From Eledone cirrhosa (taxonomy: Eukaryota), in contig OZ024749.1 in assembly GCA_964016885.1 (NCBI GenBank), positions 37,510,001 through 37,574,000 on the forward strand: a stretch of DNA of 64,000 bases. Reading direction: 5' to 3'. Below, in pieces: positions 1 through 15,387 of the stretch. The translations under genes were made by a program, and so were the position numbers. The notes below the pieces were generated by a model that was not told where the DNA came from, searched no databases, and saw only the letters and a list, made by a program, of their open reading frames with translations. Position 1 is the first letter of the stretch; every line of letters begins with the position of its first letter.

Positions 1-304
1 AATTACAATGTGGCTATATTATAATGGCGTGCGTTCACGTCTGTAATGACTCCATGTCAGTAGACCGTTCAGTACTAAAAGCTGTGTTGGAATCTCGCCC
101 GTCCCACGATCGATTCCAATATCCACTTATTGATTAATTCGATTACTTACTTCACTATCAACAACAGCTTATTTACTTGTTTAACATGTAGTATTTCTGA
201 CACTATATCTGTCTGTCTATCGAATCTTCCATTAAGTCTATTCGTTCATCGATATGTCAAAGAGCCTTGCTCCCTCTCTTCCACCCGTCTATCTCTCTCT
301 CAAT

Positions 305-410
<106 letters not shown>

Positions 411-411
411 T

Positions 412-551
412 TAGGAAAAGAGTCAGGACCCCGATGGTTGAGCTCCGGCCGTTTCGACAGCTAGATCCTATTACCCATTCTACTACCCTAAGTATCAAGT
501 ACACTGATACGTCAGGGTCCACCTGGTTCCTTACCACGCTTTTCCATGTTT
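412..551. mobile_element. Family A element
   Basis: Inverted short arm taggaaaagagtcaggacccc..gtttcgacagctagat joined to forward tail cctattaccc..ccttaccac; (TA)n flanks. Confidence 0.75.
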
Positions 552-555
552 TATA

Positions 556-606
<51 letters not shown>

Positions 607-658
607 CGCTCCCTTCCAGCCAAAATTGCCTCGGAAATGTTGCCTTCTAATCAATTTT

Positions 659-710
659 GCTGTCTAAAGAAATCACGATATCTATCGCAAATGGAAATAT
701 GTATAACGGC
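659..710 (+). ncRNA. Degenerate hammerhead motif in a TA-bounded insert (about 604-757)
   Basis: gctgt-CTaAAGA-..-GAAA-tatgta-TA-acggc; G5 mutated and stem II poor. Confidence 0.45.
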
Positions 711-754
711 TCAATTACTAATGTACTGTTACATCTTCCACTTCGCATTTTCCT

Positions 755-847
<93 letters not shown>

Positions 848-1001
848 ATTTTTTTTTTGTTTGTTTACACTAGTGTCCCCTTTATTTACGTGTCCCAACG
901 ACTTTTTTTAGTCGTTGCTCGCACCAACCGGAGGTATATGGTCTTTAAAGCGATGAAATACCTATGATGGTTGGAAGATCACTGATAAAGGACTAACTTT
1001 A

Positions 1002-1047
<46 letters not shown>

Positions 1048-1670
1048 TAGATAGTTTCATTGTTCTGTTCGTTTTCCATACCATTCGCTTCATATGTCCG
1101 TCTTGATACCTATCTCTTCTTTCCTATTTTCCTCTCCCCATCTGTTCTATCTCTTTCTCAGCTACCTTTCCCTATCTCTATCGAAACCACCTATCTCTCA
1201 TCTTTTCCTAATTTGCATCTATCACTTAGAATTTCTTAGTATATCTCACTCTTCTATTTTAGTTTTCATTTATCCCTCATCTCAAACCCTCATATACATT
1301 ACAAGAATGAATTTTTAAAACATAAAGACTACTATACTATTAGCGCGTTTCTACACCTTTTAAAAAATATCTTTCGTATTTTATCACTGAAGAACAATGG
1401 TCCGAAACACTTAGTATATCAAAATAGTACAATTTATTTCATCTGCTAGTTGTTCTTTAAAATATTCGATATCGGAGGCCACCACCATAACGAATACCAC
1501 CACCACCACCATACATACATATATGGATACCTACGTATATGCACACACACACACACAGACACACACACAGACACACACACAGACACACACAGACACACAA
1601 ATATATATATATATATATACATACATATACGTCCACGGAAATAAAGCACTTTCACACATACGCACACACA

Positions 1671-1727
<57 letters not shown>

Positions 1728-2004
1728 CTACTATATATATATAATTACTATATATATATACATACATGCATACATACACGTTTATACATGTACAATTGTA
1801 CGCACCTCGTACACACACAATACACATAGACAGCACACAAAGAAATTACACACACACATACTGCCAATTATCATAACGACATTTTTTTCTCTTTTCCATC
1901 ATTTATATGTTCGCTAAAATGATTTCTTTTATTTCTCAGACACTTGGCAATTCCACGTTAATGTAACTTCACACAGCAGAATATATATATATATACATAC
2001 ATAC

Positions 2005-2056
<52 letters not shown>

Positions 2057-2554
2057 ATATATACACACATACAATGTAGTATAAGGAAGTTATCATCACC
2101 ACCAATAGAAAGAAAAAAACAATATCACCACCATCATTAATACATCTCCCACCATCACCAACCCCACCATTCTCACCATCATCATCATCATTATAACAAT
2201 CTCTAATAAAACCAACAACAACATAACTACTATATTTATAAAGATGATTTTATCAACAATCGATTTATATATATTGGTATTTACCCCCCCCCCCCTCTCT
2301 GTCTCTCTCTAAGTTCTTCTCTTCGATTTAAATATTCAAATTATTATATTAACATGTATTGTATATCTATTCGACATATACATGTACCTATACACCGTCG
2401 TTCACATGACCACAAACACACACACACACACACACACATATATACGTGTATATATAAATATATATATATATACATATATATATATACATATGTCCCAAGG
2501 CTCTGATACCATAAACACTATAAACACAGAGCTGGCATATCTAAGAACTGACTA

Positions 2555-2610
2555 ACTGCCTGATGAGGTCATAGCCATTCAATGGCCATCATCGAAATAT
2601 ATATAGCAGT
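2555..2610 (+). ncRNA. Minimal hammerhead motif in a TA-bounded insert (about 2491-2656)
   Basis: actgc-CTGATGA-ggtcatagccattcaatggccatcatc-GAAA-tatata-TA-gcagt; tail tatgagttc. Confidence 0.7.
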
Positions 2611-2671
2611 AAATATAGGATTATGAGTTCATGCAATTGACTTATGTTCCGTCACTATATATATCTATCTA

Positions 2672-2772
<101 letters not shown>

Positions 2773-3498
2773 GTAGTAATAATAATATTACAAAATGTTG
2801 TTTTTTTAAATATATATATATATATTTATATTTAAATATTTGTTTATGCACATTTCTTTAAAATGGTGTATGAATAAAACTAATTGTCCATCAGGATTCT
2901 CAAATTTTAACACAATATAATATAACATCATCTTACTAAACATATTATAATATATTATGACATAATTCTTACTAAACACAGCACCTAAACTACATTTTTA
3001 ATGTAATGATTTCTGTCTTTAGTAGCTACTCTTTACCTGACGTTTAACGAACATTTTTGTTATATATATGATTCAATATGCAACTCCAGTCTCTTATTAA
3101 TCAAGCTATCTCAGAGCATCATTTCCTAGCATTGATTAGAGCTCGCCTGCTTTTGCCTTGCATGCAAATGAGCTTCGTCAGTCGGTGGTCATAAGCGTAG
3201 AACCTACAAGCTTTCAGCTTATTTTCGTCTTAGAACTCAAGAAAGTGTAAGCGTCTCTGGTGATGGTTAAGGAATCAGAAACGGCGTTGTTAGAACCATC
3301 CTTCTTCCTTCATTGCTATAGACCAGTTGTGATTAATCCCCGCTTTGACAATTTCATATGCAGAATCCTTTTTTATATAAACTCATGTCCTCACTCCTCA
3401 CAGGTATTGAATAACTGTGGCTGCCCCCTACTCAACTGTGGACCCACTTATATATATATATATATATATATATTGATTATTGAGTCGGGTAGGATCGA

Positions 3499-3546
3499 TA
3501 TAGATCGAACCTTGAGCTGATCAGTGGCGAAACGCGCGTCATCTAT
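3499..3546 (+). ncRNA. Hammerhead-like motif with atypical 5' core
   Basis: atagat-cgaaccttGA-gctgatcagtggc-GAAA-cgcgcg-TC-atctat then AATAAA; TA-bounded. Confidence 0.4.
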
Positions 3547-3594
3547 CAATAAATGCAATGAAGGAATAATCAATCGTCCTTTTTATCCTTTCTA

Positions 3595-3679
<85 letters not shown>

Positions 3680-3712
3680 ATATATATATATAAAGTTTAG
3701 AATCTGTCTTAA

Positions 3713-3930
3713 GCCAGAATGCTCATTCGGCCGGTACTTATCCCGTGAAGTGACTGAGAGTACAAGACTCCCCCACCTTTGGACAGGACGCCACTCCATC
3801 GCAGGGTCTAAACCCCCAGCTATTGCTGGTACTCATTTTCAGCTGAGTTTTGTTCAAGAACATAACACGCAACCCAGGAATCGAAGCCACAGCATTATGA
3901 TCGTAAGTCCAACACCCTTACCACTAGGCC
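3713..3930 (-). mobile_element. Second tRNA-derived SINE family
   Basis: Minus-strand head ggcctagtggtaagggtgttggac..ttcgattcctggg with A/B boxes, and a ctcagctgaaaatgagtacc core. Confidence 0.65.
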
Positions 3931-3942
3931 CCCAGCCCCCCC

Positions 3943-4023
<81 letters not shown>

Positions 4024-4507
4024 CACCTTGTAATCTATATAGTCAGTCTTTTAATATTTAATAAATAATGAATACATATTTTTCTCATAGTTCGATGGTT
4101 AGACATTCTGTCCTACCATCGCACACGAGAGAGCCACCTACCATTTAATATTTCCATTGATTTCTATCGATCTCTTCTGATAACACGATCGATTTCTATA
4201 TAAAAACTGATATCATGAGGAAATTTAAAAATACCATCTATAGAAATGGGATTTAGAACGGATGTATAATAATGATAATGGCGGCAACCGTGGTGTTGTT
4301 GTTGTTCTTGTTGGTAGTGGTGGAGGTGATGGTCCTGGTTGCAGCGACGCTATTGGTGTGGTGGTTATGGATATGGTGTTGACATTCGTAGTGGTGATGT
4401 TGGTGGTGGTGTTTGCGGTGACGGAGGCGGTGGTGTTGGTTGTGGTAGCAAGGGTTTTCGTGATGATGGTTGTAGTATTAATGTTTGTATTATTGGTGGC
4501 TGTGTAA

Positions 4508-4719
4508 GGGCGGTGGATTGGCAGCATTGGTAGAGGGTCGGACACCATGCTTTGCAGTATTGAGTTACGGCCCTTTATGATCTAAGTTCAAATCTCGCCG
4601 AGGTTAAACTTTGCCTTTCAATCTTACGGGGTCGGTATAATAAAGTACCAGTCACGCACTGGGGTCGACTTTCCCCTCCACCCAAATTGCTGGCCTTGTG
4701 CCTATATAAGAAACCATTA
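4508..4719 (+). mobile_element. tRNA-derived SINE (major family of this window)
   Basis: A box tggcagcattgg, B box gttcaaatc, body aactttgcctttca..ggggtcg..aaagtaccag, tail tggccttgtgcc..agaaac(att)n. Confidence 0.8.
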
Positions 4720-5600
4720 TTGGTGGCTGTGTTATTGAGGATTTTAGTAGTAGTGCTGGTGGCGGTGGTGGTTAAGATGTGGATGTTGTTGTTGGTGGTG
4801 ATTGTTGACATGCTGCTGCTGATGATGATATTGATGATGATAACGATAACGATTAGTAAATTGGAGTAATGGTGTGGTGGTGGTAGTGGTGTCGATGGCA
4901 ATGGTAGTATTAGTTTTCTGTGATGATAACAACACTGTCGAAACGTCAAACAGGACGATCCTCACCACAGCCGCCCAATACCACCAACAACACTTCCACC
5001 ACCACCACCACCAGAACCGTCACTACTATCACCACCATAACCATAACCATCACTACGAAGACAATAATTTCGTGATGACGATGATGTCATTCATATTTTA
5101 TATTAAATTTTGTGTTTGCGTCAATGATGATCGTAGTTTGGTAGTATTGGGAGTTTTAGTGAAAACTAGTTGTAGTATTGGCTGCAGTAATTTTAGTGTT
5201 GACGATGTTGACATGTAGATATGTTGCAGTAATTAGAATGTCGATGTTGTAATGGGTGTAGTGAAGGCAGTACACAGCTTATATCATTCTCTCTCTCCAA
5301 ACTAATTATAAACCAGTCGTTCACAATATATTGGACGACATCAAAAGGAATTACTTGGGATTCACTGCAAACACATTTAAAAGTCGCTACCGTCAGCATG
5401 TTAACTTATTCATGTTTGGAAGAACTGTTTCTACATCATTGACCCAGTTCTTCTCGAACATAAAAGAACAGTAAGAGTAAGGATTTACAACCACATGGAG
5501 CAGAATTGGTAGAGTAACAGATTAAAATGTCGGGCAGTGTTGAGTTATGTTGCTTCTTTTTATACATACACACTCACACGTGGGCATTTACATATATACA

Positions 5601-5716
<116 letters not shown>

Positions 5717-5779
5717 ATATACGTATTAGTGTTTGTGTGGGTGTTTTTACAAATTTATCTTTAAATAGCCAAATTTACC

Positions 5780-5826
<47 letters not shown>

Positions 5827-5839
5827 GTAAGTATCTATG

Positions 5840-5888
<49 letters not shown>

Positions 5889-6356
5889 CTGTGTATGTGT
5901 GTTAGTGTGTGTGTGTGTGTAAGCTGAACAGAATGAACAAGCATAGAAAATTGTTTATCGACCGATGAATAGTTAATGAGTTATATAGTTGAAAATATTT
6001 TAGTTGTGTTTGTGTTGAGACGTGAAAAATAAAAGGCCATTTGACAAGGTGTCAACGGGCAGATAGCAGAGAAAGCTTTATCAATCAGACGAGAACGCTA
6101 ACACAACGACAACTCAACGAGAATAAGGTCGCCTGCCTCTCGACGCTCAATTTCAACTGAATAATTAATAATAAAGCCGACTTGATGATGCCAACGACGG
6201 CGACTACGACAGCGATGACGGCGTCAACGACGACGATGGAAGAATTGAGACATGAATTGATGGTTGATGCATGAATGTGTGTGTGTTAGTGCGTGTGCGT
6301 GTGTGTAATGCATAGAAACATGACTCGCACACGAAAACACATACTCACAGACATAT

Positions 6357-6469
<113 letters not shown>

Positions 6470-6557
6470 TAGGTGGATAGATAGATATATAATTATGTGC
6501 ATGTGTGTGTGTGTGTGTATGCATGTGTGTGTAGATAATCACATCAGTCTTGTCACC

Positions 6558-6655
6558 ATGATGATAGCGTACCAAAATTTTGGTACCCTTGAAATATATA
6601 TAATAGAAAAAAATATGGTTTTATAAATATAGTTTCCATTTAATATCATTGTATA
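6558..6655 (+). mobile_element. Truncated family B copy
   Basis: tgatga-tagcgtaccaaaattttggtaccctt-GAAA-tatata-TA then aatatggttttataaatatagtttccattt, matching family B. Confidence 0.6.
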
Positions 6656-6666
6656 TATCTATCTAT

Positions 6667-6838
6667 CTAAGGCGGGTAAAATTCCCGAGATCCATGGACG
6701 AGTTCTCTCCAGCGGTCTCTGTCCCTCATTATCGCTGCCATGTCCTGCATCTCCAACAGACCAGTGTCTGTCCTTAGGGCATCAACATACGTTAACCTTG
6801 GTCTTCCGCTTCTAGTGTGTCCATGTAGGGGCTCCCAA
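6667..6838 (-). mobile_element. RTE-type LINE 3' end fragment
   Basis: WEPLHGHTRSGRPRLTYVDALRTDTGL..MRDRDRWREL resembles RTE ORF C-termini; short (tcta)n tail. Confidence 0.75.
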
Positions 6839-6929
6839 TATATATATATATATATATATTTTTATTTTGTTTTGACCTGTTTAGCATGATTTGTATTTAT
6901 TTAGGCTTAGGTGGTTGACGCTCACAGAC

Positions 6930-7012
<83 letters not shown>

Positions 7013-7588
7013 TAGGTGGATAGATATATATATAATTATGTGCATGTGTGTGTATGCATGTGTGTGTAGATAATCACGTCAGTCTTGTCACCATAATTTC
7101 TAGACTTGTATCTATATCAGAAACCATTATAAATAGTCCGTTTCATTCGAGGTATCGCCGGCTTCTCAAAACCATGTAGGTAAAACTATACAAACAAACG
7201 GTAGATCTTGGGCGTGACTAGTTTTTGCAACATGTTTACTTACTAACCGTATAGTGTATAAATTGCATACTGTGTTAAATATTAAGGTTAAAGGTTACTG
7301 GTTAAAACAGCTAACGCTCAGACTACTTCATCCTTACTATCATCGTCATCGTCGTCGTCTTCTTCTTCTTCTTCTTCTTCTTCTTCTTCTTCTTCTTCTT
7401 CTTCTTCTTCTTCTTCTTCTTCTTCTTCTTCTTCTTCTTCTTCTTCTTCTTCTTCTTTCACATATTCCTGGGAGGGCCCTGAAGGCAGAGTCCTCAAACA
7501 CCAAACCCAGAAGGTCATATCCGAAGCAACCGTCTCTAAATGTTTAAGTTGGATCCCCTAGCGATTCCAATCTATCTATCTTTATATA

Positions 7589-7656
<68 letters not shown>

Positions 7657-7663
7657 TATGTGT

Positions 7664-7698
<35 letters not shown>

Positions 7699-7704
7699 TA
7701 TGTG

Positions 7705-7765
<61 letters not shown>

Positions 7766-7865
7766 TATAAAAAAAAACTCCAGGAAAACACTTTGTTGAG
7801 TGCTTCTAATCTATTGTAAAATTGGATTCATTGAGTAACCAACGAACCATACTAATCTTTGGTTA
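7766..7865 (+). mobile_element. Family B-like tail fragment between (TA)n tracts
   Basis: actccaggaaaacactttgttgagtgcttctaatct matches 29695-29728. Confidence 0.5.
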
Positions 7866-7939
7866 TATATATATATATTTATTTATTTATTTATATATAT
7901 ATATATATTTATATATTTATATATATATATATATTTATA

Positions 7940-8740
<801 letters not shown>

Positions 8741-8743
<3 letters not shown>

Positions 8744-8985
8744 GAATAGAAAACGAAAAATCAGTGATGCATCTGAAGTCAGTTTATTGTGTGTTACAAT
8801 CTGATCCACACAATGATCGCGCCTCGAGCTGTCCGCCGGCGAAACAATTGTAACACACAATATATTGAGTTCAGATGCATCACTGATTTTTTGTTTTCTA
8901 TTCTATCATACTCTGCTCTGTAAGAGCATAGAGTGCTCAACCGGCATACCCCCCCAACTATGGAAGCATCTTAGCTACAATCAGA
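8741..8985. mobile_element. Family D fold-back element
   Basis: 60-bp inverted arms (8741-8800 and 8847-8906), gc-GAAA-caattg-TA hammerhead 3' half, tail with catagagtgctc. Confidence 0.7.
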
Positions 8986-8994
8986 TACACACAC

Positions 8995-9031
<37 letters not shown>

Positions 9032-9060
9032 TATATAATGTAAATATATATATATATATA

Positions 9061-9155
<95 letters not shown>

Positions 9156-9419
9156 GGAGGGAGACCCATCCTTCTTCAGTGACGTCTTCGTATCTGATGG
9201 TTACTGTTTCTGGATTATCTCATATTTTCTGAGAACAATACCAGTAATTACAATAAAAACAATAAAAATAACCCCATTATAGATCCCTACACTTAAAATG
9301 CCATCTCTACCACGACCACCCCCACCTCTGCTACTAACAACAACGATAACAAGAACATCACCAACACCCCTTTCATCCCTTCCACTAACAACACCACCAT
9401 AATTATCACCGTAAATACA

Positions 9420-9810
9420 TGTCACAACAACCTCTATCCCACAACTACAACGGCCACCGCAACCAACCACTATAACACTAACAACAACAACAACAACAAC
9501 AATAGCAACAACAGCAACACTACCATCATAACCACTACTATCAACACAACATGAACACCTCCACAACTAAGATCGCTATCATATGTAACAACAACAACCT
9601 CTGTCCCACAACTACAACGGCCACCGCAACCAACCACTGTAACAACAACAACAACAACAACAACAATAGCAACAACAGCAACACTACCATCATAACCACT
9701 ACTATCAACACAACATGAACAACCCCACAACTAAGATCGCTATCATATGTAACAACAACAACCTCTGCTCCACAATAAACGGTCAACGCAACCAACCACT
9801 ATAACAGGAA
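9420..9810. repeat. ~165-bp tandem repeat, about 2.4 copies, CAA-rich
   Basis: cacaactacaacggccaccgcaaccaaccact and actaagatcgctatcatatgt recur. Confidence 0.85.
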
Positions 9811-10028
9811 CAACAACAACAACACCACCATCACCCCTATTAACAACAACAACAACAACAGCAGCATCATTTATGTTACATAATTAAACACCAAATCCAT
9901 AGTTATCATTCACGAAAATGTTTTTTTTTATTACTTTATAATTTATTTACTCTTTGTTATACCTATTTTTTTTTGTATTTTTTCTATCTTTTTTCTTTTC
10001 TTTATATGTTTTTTTTATTTATTAATTG

Positions 10029-10081
<53 letters not shown>

Positions 10082-10519
10082 TATTATTATTTTGTTGTTG
10101 TTGTTGTTGTGTATTGTTTTCGAAATCGCCAAGTCTCAACTCGCAAAATACATGATTTATTTAAACAAATCTGGTCAGCCAGCGAAGTAAGTTCACCATC
10201 GTCTATTGTCACGTGACAGTGTGGGTGAATGTGGCTGGAGGAGGAGAAGAGAAAGCAGAGAAGAAGAAGAAGAAGAAGAAGAAGAAAGAGAAGAAAGAGA
10301 AGAAAGAGAAGAAGAAGAAGAAGAAGAAGAAGAAGGACAGACTACAAGACCGAAAACGAAAACATCAACACCATCACTAGCATCATTAGCATCAACGACC
10401 CACCTCCCTTAAAGTCTTCCCAAAATGAGTAACGCAACCAACGACACCACCGCCGCCATAACAATCACTACCCCTTGTGTTCAACACCTCACCAATAACA
10501 ACCCAGTCGCCGTTATCTC

Positions 10520-11310
10520 AACCACCCCACCACCAAAAACAATTCTATTACCACCACCATTGGCATCACCACCACCACCATCACCACCACCACCATCAAA
10601 AACACCACCACCATCACCACCACCACCACCACCATCAACAACACCACCACCATCAACAACACCACCATCAACAACACCACCACCACCACCACCACCACCA
10701 TCAACAACACCACCACCATCACCATCAACAACACCATCAACAACACCACCACCACCAACACCAAAACCACCACTAACAACACCAACAACAACAACACCAC
10801 CACCACCACCACCACCACCAACACTACCACCACCAACACCAACACCACCAATAACAACAACACCACCACCACCACCACCACCACCAACACTACCAATGCC
10901 ACCAGCGCCAGCACCACGACCATTATCACACTAATACATCTATCATTACCACTTACCTTACCAACACCACCACCACCACCACCGCCGCCGCCACTACCAC
11001 ATCACCATATCTATCACACCACTACCACTCACCACTACCTCCACCACATGACCCCATATATCACTACCATTTACCTTACCAACACCACCACCACTACCAC
11101 ATCCCCACCACTACCACATCACCATCACTACCACTTACCACTACCTCTACCACACGACCTCATATATCACTACCATTTACCTTAACAACAACACCACCAC
11201 TACCAACACAACTACCACCTACACCACCACTACCTCCACCACTATCTCCACCACTACGCCCACCACTACCCCCACCACTACCTCCACCATTACTGACACT
11301 CACCATCTAA
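10520..11310. repeat. Degenerate (CAC/CAA)n low-complexity tract; similar at 45820-46600
   Basis: Directly visible. Confidence 0.9.
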
Positions 11311-11822
11311 TCATCACTGTAAAAAGGGCCACCTTTCGTTACCCTCCGCCACACAAGCCAACCACCGGACACGGTGGGGTTGGTAATTAAAAATGGCAGT
11401 CATTTTTAATTAAGATGTATTGGTAAGTGTTGAGAACATGTTAGAAAGGCGTTTGAATTAAATACGACATGATAGCAATGGTGATGTTGGTAGCGAAAAT
11501 GGTGATGATGGTGATGATGATCGTGTTGGTGTTGGTGTTGATTATGTTGTTGGTGGTGGAGGTGTTTGTAGCGATGATGATGGTTATGTTGGTGTTGGTG
11601 TTTGTGGTAATGGTAGCAATGCTTATTAGAAACAGGAGGAGGGCATTGAATGCTATTAGAAGGGAAGTGTTAAAGAACAACGAAGGAAAACCCTCAGAAA
11701 CTACAATAACAAAAACAATATCAACAACACCAACAGCAGCAATAACATCAACAACTTCAACAATAACTTCAACAACATCAAAAACATCAGTAATGACATC
11801 AACAACATCAACAGCATCAATA

Positions 11823-12009
11823 CTTGTTTCTACTTTTGGCACAAGGCCAGCAGTTATCGCAGTGTATTACTGGTACTTTATTTCATCGACCCCGTAAGGA
11901 TGAAAAGCAAAGTTAACCTCGGCGGGATTTGAACTCGGGCCGTAAAGGGACGTAACTCTATGCTGCAAAGCATGGCGTCCGACCTTCTACCGATACTGCC
12001 AATTCACGA
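11823..12009 (-). mobile_element. Major-family SINE
   Basis: Reverse complement of the 4508-4719 family. Confidence 0.8.
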
Positions 12010-12301
12010 CATCAAGAACATCATCAATAACATCAACAACATTAAAAGTAACTACAACAACATTAACATCAATAACATCAGCTTAAAAACAACATCAACA
12101 ACAGCAAAGTCAATTGAAACAACAACGACATGAAACAAAATACGACAGCAACAACATCAACAACAACAACTACATCTAATAAAAACAAACACGTACCACA
12201 AACGAATTACAAAAATAAACCAATGAAAACGATGGGAAAAGCTCGAACTATTATCTCATTCTTTATCAAAGGGCATACAGTTACACGCATAATAATAGTT
12301 A

Positions 12302-12346
<45 letters not shown>

Positions 12347-12367
12347 AGGTGGTGGTGATGGTAGTTA

Positions 12368-12412
<45 letters not shown>

Positions 12413-12975
12413 AAGTAGTAGTGGAATGGTATTCCGTAAGAGAATGGACGTGGCCGCAATTAAGATATGTTAGCCAATGCATCAGGTAAAGTGGGTAGTT
12501 AATTTTATCGCATCAAAGAGTAATGTCTATTGGACTAGAAGAGAAGAAAATAAATTAAAAAAATACACTATAGAAATAAATATGGCGAATTGACGTTTAG
12601 AAAATAGAAAAAAAAATCTATTGTGATCATGGTTGTCTATTAGTGGTTCCATAATCAGAAGCGAAATAGAGATACTGTTGATTGTTCCAAGTAAAAAAGT
12701 TAACACCTAATTCATTCTACCATGTTATTGTAAAAGCTTCTAGTGTCTGAAACTTATCGTAGCAACAGGGTTTTGTAAATATTTCAATCTATATAGATAA
12801 CTTGCAGTATTATTTTATTTCGAGGGTATGATGTTCCTCTTAGCTAAGCATAATCAGCAATGATATTGAAACTCTTGAAGATCTTTTACTTAATATAGCT
12901 AGCATATATTTTAACAAACTCCTGCCACAATGAGATAATGTGGCAGCATTGTTGTTTTGTTCTTTTTAATGATAA

Positions 12976-13151
12976 TTGTTTCTACTTTTGGCACAAAGCC
13001 AGCAATTACTTCCAGTGCATTGCTGGTACTTTATTTTATCGACCCCGTAAGGACGAAAAGTAAAGTTAACCTTGGCTGGATTTGAACTCAGACCTTAAGG
13101 GGACGTAACTCTATGCTGCAAAGCATGACCTCCGACGCTCTACCGATACTT
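12976..13151 (-). mobile_element. Major-family SINE
   Basis: Reverse complement of the 4508-4719 family. Confidence 0.8.
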
Positions 13152-14009
13152 AATAATAATGAAGAATGAAGCCTGGTCGAAATATCCTTGTTTAAATCAA
13201 CCTTTCATTATACCTACGGATGATGTTAAAGTTTGGTTTGATGGATGTTATTTTTTTTTCTAAAATAATCATTACACCGCTATGTGATTTATTTTATTTC
13301 TGGATATGAGGTTAGCTATAACTTAGTAATTGATTTTTCAATTAAATAGATATCTGTAATGGTAGTTGCTCGGGATTTTATAATCTATTAATGTTTCACT
13401 GTCCGTTTTCAGCAATATTAGCGTTTAATGAACATGTGGGGAGTGCATCAGATGATTTAGTGACATGTCTTCTCCGAATATATACAAAAGGCCTTCAAAA
13501 TGTTTCTAAAATAACATTTAAATCAGTCACACACACAGGTCGGAACACTGAGGAACCAAACATCTACTGTCATCGCCTCCGTCTCTACTACAATCCCCAT
13601 CTCTCACTATCCCCGGAATTGTGTAGTGTTTTATACTGGAACTTACCATTGAATCCATAAAATTCGAAGGGTTTATTGCAAAAGGGACATCATATATCTA
13701 TGATTTTTTTTATTCAACAGGAAATGGAAGATACCTCAACTGAGCATATTTATATATAAGGCTATCAAGAAATGTTCATTAAGTTGGCTTTAAAGATTGT
13801 ATTCGTCTGTAGTTAGGCTATAAGTCACATCTAGCAAATTTACTATACATTAGTTAGTAGTGATAATATAATTAGGCCGACATATAAGGTTTTTAATAAG
13901 GTATTTTGTGTGTGAATCTGTTATATGTTCATTGGGCTGTTGCAATATAACCCAACCCTTCACCCACCCACCCTAACCCATCTCTTCTTTTCTCTCTCTT
14001 TCTCTCTCA

Positions 14010-14071
<62 letters not shown>

Positions 14072-14141
14072 CATGTATGTATATACATATATACATAGAA
14101 ATATTTATCTATATACATATATATATATATATATATTTATC

Positions 14142-14182
<41 letters not shown>

Positions 14183-14198
14183 CTATATACATACATAA

Positions 14199-14259
<61 letters not shown>

Positions 14260-14334
14260 TAGATAGATAGATACACATATATAAATGCATATATATATTT
14301 ATACATACACACACATATATATATATATATATAC

Positions 14335-14367
<33 letters not shown>

Positions 14368-14766
14368 CATTTACGTATATATATGTGTTCGTCTTTATAC
14401 ATATCTGTGAAAGGTACGTGTATATACATGACTGTATATACACTACACGGGGAGAGTGTATGATCTATGTATATATGTGTGTGCACGTGAAAGCGTGTGC
14501 CTGTTCTGTATGTGTGAGAGGACATAAAAGAATTATTGTTAATTTAGTATTTTTTTCACCACCTGTCTCATACTTTAAATAAACTTCCTTCTCTTAGTGA
14601 ACAAATGTTTTATGCATGTAGTCTATATATACACACACATACATGTATGTATGTATGCATGTATGTATGTATGTATGTATGTATGTATGTATGTATGTAT
14701 GTATGTATGTATGTATGTATTTATGTATGTATTTATGTATGTATATACACACAAACGCACAAATAT

Positions 14767-14817
<51 letters not shown>

Positions 14818-14880
14818 TTTACCCGTTCCGTGATGTTGGAAGCGTTCGGGTTGGATTGAGAATATCTCTTTCTACCGCTC

Positions 14881-14950
<70 letters not shown>

Positions 14951-14990
14951 CCTCTCTCTCTTTCTCTCTCAATATATATATATATATATA

Positions 14991-15252
14991 TAATGAGTTA
15001 CAACAGTGATATATACATGTACTTAAGTTTCGCTGGGTCGTTTGACCCAACTCATTCATCCTGTCATAATATGCATTGGTTTCCACGAATGGAAGGCACG
15101 TTTTATTATGACAGGCTAAATGAATTGGTGTAAACAAACGAACGAAACTTAAGTACCTGTATATGTTACTTGTGTAACTGATTATATATAACTCATTCTA
15201 CACACTCAGCGCTCTAGACTCTTGGATATTTATATCAAGATTGTAGCTTCCA
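14991..15252. mobile_element. Family K diverged fold-back with 8-nt-core hammerheads (15015-15064 -, 15111-15160 +)
   Basis: Minus: acagg-aTGAATGA-gttgggtc-aaac-gacccagc-GAAA-cttaag-TA-catgt. Plus: acagg-CTaAATGA-..-GAAA-cttaag-TA-cctgt. Confidence 0.65.
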
Positions 15253-15345
15253 TATATATATATATACACAAACCTTGTTTGTAAATAACATTATTCTTTC
15301 TGCAACTTCTCTTTAACATGTGCGACACCACACTAATACATATCA

Positions 15346-15387
15346 CTATCATTTGATAATGCATAAAAATGCTGAAACCGGTAATAG
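15346..15387 (+). ncRNA. U3-A8 variant minimal hammerhead motif
   Basis: ctat(cat)-TTGATAA-tgcat-aaaa-atgct-GAAA-ccgg-TA-atag; weak stem I. Confidence 0.5.

Noticed and set aside
1378-1426. CTGAAGA..GAAA motif, and CTGGTGA..GAAA at 3257-3288
   Set aside because: Stems are too degenerate to call as hammerheads, though they may be old copies.
4508-4600. tRNA genes suggested by A/B boxes
   Set aside because: They are SINE heads with no complete cloverleaf.
10425-10934. Pro/Thr-rich extensin- or mucin-like ORF (also 45717-46181)
   Set aside because: Degenerate (CAC)n tract open in several frames; no splice or domain evidence.
13705-13760. Acceptor-like tttttattcaacag followed by a short frame
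   Set aside because: No convincing donor site or sustained reading frame.
14991-15252. Palindromes as sequencing or assembly fold-back artefacts
   Set aside because: Many arms have diverged from each other (K, J, 61954-62106) and the layout recurs by family. Only the near-perfect ones still need read validation.
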